Positions 58,249 to 64,000 of a DNA stretch of 64,000 bases are shown here, piece by piece. The translations under genes were made by a program, and so were the position numbers. This DNA is from Candidatus Latescibacterota bacterium (GTDB lineage: Bacteria; Latescibacterota; UBA2968; UBA8231), in NCBI GenBank assembly GCA_965242865.1, contig CBDETK010000013.1:2304001-2368000 (forward strand), read 5' to 3'. The notes below the pieces were generated by a model, which saw only the letters and a program-made list of their open reading frames with translations, had not been told where the DNA came from and did no database searches. The first letter of the stretch is position 1. Each line of letters opens with the position of its first letter.

Positions 58249-61101
58249 TCACAGACTCGCAAATATCGACAAAAACGCCAATCCCGCCGCCCGCGTCTCG
58301 CGCTCCCGCCCGACCACCTCCAACGACCGCCGGTCAAAGCGCAACCCGATCTGAGTCGTCAATTCGTAGCCCAAGTACTCCCGCTGATTGCTCAACTGCG
58401 CCGCCCACACCGTGCCGCGAAAATCCCCGGTCAGCACATTGTCCGCGAGGGCCTGTTCGTCCCGCAGCAACTCGAAGAACAGCCGCTGCTCAAACCCCAA
58501 CTCAAGCTCTGAACCCCGCATCGCGGGAAAGCGGACCAACAGCGACCCAATCCCGTCCCAAGAGCGGCGACGACGCTCGGCCAACGAAAAGGGCGATTGG
58601 CTGAGAAACTCGCTTTTGACGCGGGGCACAAGCGCCACCGAACCCCACGCAAAGACGCCGTCGATCTTGTCGATCAATCCCACAAAACCAGACGTCTCGC
58701 GACCCGCGTCGCCCGGGCCGGCTCGCTGGTGCCACCAGTCCCACTTGAAGCGGTGCTTCGTCGTCCAATGCTGCGGATGGGCGTACTCCCACTCGGCGTA
58801 GAACGCATTGATCCACGTGTCCTCGGCGGCCAGCAAATCGGGCACGGCGATGTGCTGGCCGCTCGTCTGCCCGGCTGCGCCAAATTCGAGCGTCGGCACG
58901 ACCCATTGGGACAGGGGATCGGGAATGGTGTCGGCGGCCTTCTTCAGCATGTCAAAGACCCGCACCCGGCCGCGCCCGGGCCAATCCCGTTCAAAGGTAA
59001 CAAGGCCGTACGCGGTGTGGTTTTTGCGGTCGGCTTGGCGCATGGCCTCGCGCAGGTAGCCGACCGCAAGGCGGACCTCCGGGTTGACCTCCACGCTGAC
59101 GTACGCGTTGTAGCCCCAGTGATCCTTTTTGTAGGGATAGTCGGGCAAATCGTCGTTTTCAAACCGCTCGGCCCAGCCGTTGTTGTTGAGGTCCAGGCCA
59201 AAGAGGAACGCCGGCCGGTCCGAGTGGTGGCGCAGGAACGGCTCTTCGTAGTCGGGGAAGAAATTCCCGTTCTGATTAAAATCTGAGATGAAGTCGCCGT
59301 TTTCGTCGTACCCGGGAAAGACTGCGGGGTCGGGCACGCCGTCCGAGCGCACCTGAAAGCCGCCCAGCGCGGTCGATTGCGGCGGCACCAACCCGCCTTG
59401 GAAAAATCGCTTCTGGTCCGGGTGGCGGTCCTGATCGTCGTTGTCGTCGACAAAGTCGTAGAGCCGGTCCGTGGCTTCGGGCGCGTAGTCAACCAAGCCG
59501 CGACTGTCAACGGGCTTGAAGCTGGTGGCGTAGGCGTCGTCCATGCCAAAGCCTTCGAGGGAAAACCGCCAAGGGGCGGCGTGCCGCACGAGATTGAACA
59601 GCCAACCCACGGCGTGGGCGTCGCCTTGAAGGCCGGAAAACGAGCGGTGCGAGGTGCGCGTCGTCGAAGGGAACTGGCGGTACTGGGTGCTGACGTTGAA
59701 CTCGCCGTATAAGTCAAAGCCCCACCAGTCGCGCACCTCGGCCGTCATACCGGCGACCTGCAAGGCGGTCGGCAGGCCGTAGTCATACACGACTTCGCGC
59801 GGATTGAGCTGGTTCTTGACGTTGCCAGCCGCCCGCGCCACCACCAGAAACTCCGGGATGCCAAGGCGGCTGTTCTGCCGGTCCGAGGCCACCTCGATCC
59901 GGTAGTCGTTGGCCAGCACGAGGCGGAAGCGCACGTTTTTGACGCGGGTGATGGCGTCGTCGGCCTCGTCCAGCCCCAACCCCAACCGGCGCTGCAAGGC
60001 CAAGCGCAAGGTGCCTTCTTCGCTTTCGCCCTCTTCGGCGGCCAACGAGTATTGCAGCACGATGCGCTCCGGCCCGTCGGCCCGCAAGAACCCACCGCGT
60101 TCTTCCCCACCCTCTATCACCGGAGCAAAGCCCACGCTGCGGCCGGTGAACGTGGTGTCCTTAAAGACCATCCGCACCCCGCCTTCGACCGGCACTGCCC
60201 GCTGGAGGGCCGTGGTGATCTCCACCTCGGCACTGAACAACACCGGCCCGCCCTCGCCATCGGCGGGCGAATCGTCGGACAGCCGCACGATCAGCTTGTT
60301 GAGCCGCCGGCCGAGTTGCCCGGTCGTCAGCGCGCCCTTGAGGGGATTGCCGGCAAAGCTCTCGCGGTTGCCGGCGCCATTGTGGGCGTTGACCAGCGTC
60401 AGGCCCAAGGTCGCGTTGGCCCCCCAATCGGCCTCAACGCGCCCGGCGATCAAGCTGGTGAAATTGTCCTGCGCGGCGGTCGGAATGTCCGGGTCGATCT
60501 CCACGATGGGCAGGCTCGGGCGCGCAAACAAGCCGGTGACGCGAAAGTGCGGCGCGGCCAAGCTGGTCACCACGCCATTGAAGCCGACTTTGCGAAAGGT
60601 CATGGGCGTCAGGGTGGCGAAAATCTCGTCGCCGATCATCAGGGAGTAGTTGTAGTCGCCGCTGGCGTCCGACGAGATGATCAGCCGGTTGAACCACGTG
60701 GCGTACCGCCGCTGTTTAGTCAACTCGCTGCTGGCGACCGTGCGCGCCTGCGTCTGGCGCCAGTCGTACACCAGCCAGCCGTGCGCGACCAGCTTGCCGT
60801 AGGTGTCGTAGAAATGCGACCCCTCTTGATTGCGATCTATGTAGCGCCGGTACGGCTCGGTCGCGTAGTTGGTGTAACGCCACTGGCGGCGGCCGTACTC
60901 CTCGAACAACTCCTGTGGCATGTACCAGCGCATGACCGTGGGGTCCAAAGCACCCATCCGCACGCTCGGCCCTTGGGCATTCCGTTCCCATCGCCCGGTC
61001 TGCGCTCCGGCCGGCACGGCCAGTGCCAAGACCAACGCTATGTTAGCTGCCCAATGCACGGTACAGGAGTCCAACCCCTCCTTCGCGGCTCCGAATCGCA
61101 T
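58249..61101 (-). CDS. Large exported hypothetical protein, probable outer-membrane protein with Asp/Asn-rich Ca-binding loops
   Basis: Signal-peptide-like segment (true start maybe GTG 61059); DDNDDQD, DENGD, DLNNNG; C-terminal amphipathic beta-strands. Confidence 0.72.
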   Translation of the reverse strand: MRFGAAKEGLDSCTVHWAANIALVLALAVPAGAQTGRWERNAQGPSVRMGALDPTVMRWYMPQELFEEYGRRQWRYTNYATEPYRRYIDRNQEGSHFYDTYGKLVAHGWLVYDWRQTQARTVASSELTKQRRYATWFNRLIISSDASGDYNYSLMIGDEIFATLTPMTFRKVGFNGVVTSLAAPHFRVTGLFARPSLPIVEIDPDIPTAAQDNFTSLIAGRVEADWGANATLGLTLVNAHNGAGNRESFAGNPLKGALTTGQLGRRLNKLIVRLSDDSPADGEGGPVLFSAEVEITTALQRAVPVEGGVRMVFKDTTFTGRSVGFAPVIEGGEERGGFLRADGPERIVLQYSLAAEEGESEEGTLRLALQRRLGLGLDEADDAITRVKNVRFRLVLANDYRIEVASDRQNSRLGIPEFLVVARAAGNVKNQLNPREVVYDYGLPTALQVAGMTAEVRDWWGFDLYGEFNVSTQYRQFPSTTRTSHRSFSGLQGDAHAVGWLFNLVRHAAPWRFSLEGFGMDDAYATSFKPVDSRGLVDYAPEATDRLYDFVDDNDDQDRHPDQKRFFQGGLVPPQSTALGGFQVRSDGVPDPAVFPGYDENGDFISDFNQNGNFFPDYEEPFLRHHSDRPAFLFGLDLNNNGWAERFENDDLPDYPYKKDHWGYNAYVSVEVNPEVRLAVGYLREAMRQADRKNHTAYGLVTFERDWPGRGRVRVFDMLKKAADTIPDPLSQWVVPTLEFGAAGQTSGQHIAVPDLLAAEDTWINAFYAEWEYAHPQHWTTKHRFKWDWWHQRAGPGDAGRETSGFVGLIDKIDGVFAWGSVALVPRVKSEFLSQSPFSLAERRRRSWDGIGSLLVRFPAMRGSELELGFEQRLFFELLRDEQALADNVLTGDFRGTVWAAQLSNQREYLGYELTTQIGLRFDRRSLEVVGRERETRAAGLAFLSIFASL

Positions 61102-61113
61102 AGGTGTGGAGAG

Positions 61114-61437
61114 CTAAACAGCAACAACTCGCTGTTGTCCTTCTCTATTTTTTGCGGGAATAATGTGGATCTCAATATCGAGATTCAGTCGGTTGAGAAA
61201 CATCATCAATCGCTCAACGCTGTAGTGGTTAAACTCGCCCTTCGTTAGTCGGGATATTTCAGGTTGCTTTACCCCTAAAATCTCCGCGGCCTCTGCTTGA
61301 GTTAGCTTCCGGTTTTCTACAATCTGAAACACCTTAAACCCAAGCGTTGCCCTGAGAAACAATTCCTCCGCATCTGGCAAGCCGAGGTCCTCAAACACAT
61401 TGCCCGAACCTTTTTCAAACGCAATGTTCTCGCTCAT
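61114..61437 (-). CDS. HigA-like XRE antitoxin
   Basis: GSGNVFEDLGLPDAEE; LTQAEAAEILGVKQPEISRL; SVERLM.FL. Confidence 0.92.
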   Translation of the reverse strand: MSENIAFEKGSGNVFEDLGLPDAEELFLRATLGFKVFQIVENRKLTQAEAAEILGVKQPEISRLTKGEFNHYSVERLMMFLNRLNLDIEIHIIPAKNREGQQRVVAV

Positions 61438-61667
61438 AATGCACGCACCTCCAGTTGTCGCGCCATTTTCAGACGTCTCTTGATAAGGTCTATCTCTTTC
61501 TTTGGAGTTTTTATTCCGCGCCTTGATTTTTTTTGAAAACAATGCAGCACATAAACCCTCTCTCCAATTTTCACCGCGTACACAGCACGGTAAGTGTCTG
61601 TTCTGTGATCTGCCCGTATTTCAAAAACTCCTGAGCCAATGTCCCTGAATGGTTTGGTCGCCGGCGA
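61434..61667 (-). pseudogene. RelE/HigB (Gp49-like) toxin, 5' truncated by a MITE
   Basis: Manual translation SPATKPFRDIGSGVFEIRADHRTDTYRAVYAVKIGERVYVLHCFQKKSRRGIKTPKKEIDLIKRRLK...; in-frame stop upstream within the MITE and no start codon. Confidence 0.88.
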
Positions 61668-61804
61668 CCTACATCATTCAAGACTGGATTCCCGCCCCGT
61701 GTCGGAGCACGGGGTGACGTTCTGTTGCGGGAATGACTTTTCATAGGCAGAAAAGACGGTGCCGATCAACATTCCATGCTTTCGAGTCATTTAGGACGGC
61801 TATA
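61668..61804 (-). mobile_element. Second copy of the TATAG MITE, with expanded internal hairpin; one end truncated
   Basis: Reverse complement tatagccgtcctaaatgactcgaaagcatggaatgtt...gtcattcccgc...gcgggaatccagtcttgaatgatgtagg matches 29272-29378. Confidence 0.85.
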
Positions 61805-63395
61805 GCTTTTCCAAGCTGCCAATTTCCACCGGATACTTGGTTCGCAAACCGCGCACGAACCGCACGTACGCCCTTTTCGACTTGTCGATCCGCACGTAGG
61901 CCCGAGCGCGGCGCTGGGACTCGGCGTTATACGGGATCGGCTCGCGGGTGCGCTCCAGCACCTTAAAGACCGAATGGCCCCGCTCGGTCTTTAACGGCCC
62001 GCCGACCGCGACCTCCGCGACCTCCCGCACGGCCGCCGCCAGCACGGGAAACAGCCCTTGGTTGTAGGCGTTGAGCTGCATCTGACCGTCGTGGTGCAAG
62101 CTGCCGGCGCGCTGGGTGTGACGCTGGGCCAACGCGGCCGCATCGGCCCCAGCGCGCAACTCGTCCCCCAACCGCTGGGCCAGCGAATCCGACGCGACCA
62201 AAATCTCGACGATGGTGGTGGTTTCGGGGCGGGTAAACTTTTCGGGGTGCGCGTCGTAGAACGCGCGCGCCTCTTTGTCGCTGACGCGCACGTGCTGATC
62301 GACCTCCCGCCGGCGCAACGCGCTGAGCAGCAGCTCCTCGCGCTTAACCGCCACGGTCTCTTTGAACCGCGCCTCCTCGGCCCAGCCGGCCGCCTCAATC
62401 TCGGCCATCACGAACAAGTCGGGCAGCACCCGCTCGCGCAAAAACTCGGCCACGTGTGCGCTGTCGGCCGGCGGTGCGCTCCGGCCGGCGAGCCGCTCGT
62501 AGGCCGCCAAAAAGCCGCTGATGGTGAGTTCGCCGCCGCGGTACGCACACAGGACTTGGGCTTGGTCCGCCATGACCCCGCGCTCGGCGAGCTGCTGGAT
62601 CGCGGCCGGCCGCGGCGCGGGCGCGTAGGCTCGCCCAAGCGAATCGCGCAACGACTGCAACCGCTGTTGGTGCTTTTGCACGGTCAGCTCTTCGACGACG
62701 ATTGGCTCGGACGCGGTCAGGGGCGCGGGAATCTCGTCGAGGACCTTGTAAATCACGTAATAATCCTCGTGGCCGAACACTTCGCGCACCGGCGCGGAAA
62801 CGCCCCCGATCTCCAACCCCAGCACCTGCTCCACCGTCTCGGCCGACAGCTGGTCGCGCGTCTGGTAGATGCCGGTGTCGCCGCCCCGTGCGGCCGTCTC
62901 CGAGTGAACCGAGTGCGCCTCGGCCAGTTCGTGGAAATCGGCGCCGGCCGCGAGCCGGTCGGTGATCGCTTGGGCCTCCGCCCGGCTCTCGACCATGATG
63001 CCGCCCAAGCGCAGGGCGCGGTGCCGGCCGCTCTCTCGGTAGTGCCGCTCTATTTCTGCGGGGCTAATCGCGATCTGGGCGACGACCGCCCGCTCCATGT
63101 ACAGCGCCATCAGCCGAGCGCGCTTGAAGCGGGCCAATTCGCCTTGGAACCAACGGTCTTCGGCCATGTTGGCCGCGTCCGCTGCGCGCAAGAGCAGCTT
63201 TTTGTCGATCAGGCTTTCGAGCACTTGGCGCGGCCCCTCCTGTTTCATTCCAGCGGGAATCCGCGCGTCGAAATCCTCGAACTCGGCCGCGGTAATCGGC
63301 TCGCCATCCACCCGGGCCAGCACCCGCTCCTCCGGCGGTTGGGCGCACCCGAGGGCCAACAGCGCCAGCGCAACGGCCTCACTCCAAGCCGGCAA
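61800..63395 (-). CDS. PpiC/PrsA-type peptidyl-prolyl isomerase lipoprotein (two parvulin domains)
   Basis: Lipobox LALGC; VLARVDGEPIT; ADFHELAEAHS...GGDTG; second domain FYDAHPEKF...GPLKT..G.SVFKV; start uncertain (TTG 63395; ORF open to 63473). Confidence 0.85.
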   Translation of the reverse strand: MPAWSEAVALALLALGCAQPPEERVLARVDGEPITAAEFEDFDARIPAGMKQEGPRQVLESLIDKKLLLRAADAANMAEDRWFQGELARFKRARLMALYMERAVVAQIAISPAEIERHYRESGRHRALRLGGIMVESRAEAQAITDRLAAGADFHELAEAHSVHSETAARGGDTGIYQTRDQLSAETVEQVLGLEIGGVSAPVREVFGHEDYYVIYKVLDEIPAPLTASEPIVVEELTVQKHQQRLQSLRDSLGRAYAPAPRPAAIQQLAERGVMADQAQVLCAYRGGELTISGFLAAYERLAGRSAPPADSAHVAEFLRERVLPDLFVMAEIEAAGWAEEARFKETVAVKREELLLSALRRREVDQHVRVSDKEARAFYDAHPEKFTRPETTTIVEILVASDSLAQRLGDELRAGADAAALAQRHTQRAGSLHHDGQMQLNAYNQGLFPVLAAAVREVAEVAVGGPLKTERGHSVFKVLERTREPIPYNAESQRRARAYVRIDKSKRAYVRFVRGLRTKYPVEIGSLEKL

Positions 63396-64000
63396 ACACC
63401 GTGATAAACGTCGTCGTCTCATTTTGGCTCTTGTCGTCGGTTGTGAAGACGCCCGGCCGGGCGCTGTCCTCAATCACCCGCTCGCTCAGGATGCGGCCCA
63501 AGCGCAGGCCCGCTTGCGTGGTCAGCCGGTAGCCTTGGTAATCGGACGTGGTGGAAAGCTGGACCGCGATGTGGGTCTCGCGCGAGTCCCCGGTCTCCTG
63601 CAAAAGCCCGGCCGCCCGCAGCGCGTCCTCGTCCTGCACCCGGTCGCTGAACCACAACTGCTCCACGCCGGCTTCCAAGACGGTCCGCCGCATGACCGGC
63701 AAGCGGGCGAGCAACTGGGCGGTCACCGCCCATTCCTCGCGCCGCGCCTCGTCGGCAACCAAGGGGGTTTGCCGCAAAAACTCGCTCTTGCAGCGCGGCT
63801 GCAAGTCAAAGCGGCCCAAGCTGTACACGTAATCCACCTTGTTGATCAGCCCCAGAAAACTCGCGCGGCTGGCCAGCGGGCGACCGATGCTGTCGCGCGG
63901 CTGGGGGGCGTTTTGGCGGAAGTGTTCCCACTTGAGCTTGTTGACCACGTTCAGCCCTTCAATACCCTGATAATCGAACTGGGCGTACGCGGTGTTGACC
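63379..64000 (-). CDS. C-terminal part of a paralogue of the 58249-61101 protein (runs off the window)
   Basis: FLGLINKVDY, PRCKSEFL, AVQLS..SDYQGYRLTTQAGL align with the C-terminus of 58249-61101. Confidence 0.78.
   Translation of the reverse strand, partial: VNTAYAQFDYQGIEGLNVVNKLKWEHFRQNAPQPRDSIGRPLASRASFLGLINKVDYVYSLGRFDLQPRCKSEFLRQTPLVADEARREEWAVTAQLLARLPVMRRTVLEAGVEQLWFSDRVQDEDALRAAGLLQETGDSRETHIAVQLSTTSDYQGYRLTTQAGLRLGRILSERVIEDSARPGVFTTDDKSQNETTTFITVFAGLE

Noticed and set aside
61438-61542. N-terminal extension of HigA
   Set aside because: This DNA is the 3' part of the RelE/HigB pseudogene in another frame.

Overview
GC-rich bacterial window with no rRNA, tRNA or CRISPR array seen. 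The secreted proteins carry FlgD/T9SS-like and 'SWGxIK' C-terminal tags, which suggests an FCB-group organism such as Ca. Latescibacterota; this is an inference. The housekeeping backbone comprises an NtrB/NtrC-type two-component pair, speD, a MacAB-like ABC exporter, gatB, an S9 peptidase, nadB and a sulfatase. It is interleaved with many accessory inserts. The most striking is a type I restriction-modification (RM) locus (HTH-fused hsdM, hsdS, hsdR, YgjP-like gene) carrying an AT-rich four-gene cassette between hsdS and hsdR: putative winged-helix protein, P-loop ATPase, PIN-like nuclease and SPPY DNA methyltransferase. I cannot match this cassette to a named defence system. Other notable items are a Zn-finger/HNH-TM-repeat-degenerate nuclease fusion next to its intact paralogue, a HigA-like antitoxin fused to a type IIG-like RM enzyme, and several antitoxins whose toxins are destroyed or missing. 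The window also has a TATAG-ended MITE family, an IS5 remnant with a derivative, two consensus sigma54 promoters upstream of M6 metalloprotease loci, and an exact 211-bp tandem duplication. Protein family calls come from motifs read by eye; no database searches were run.
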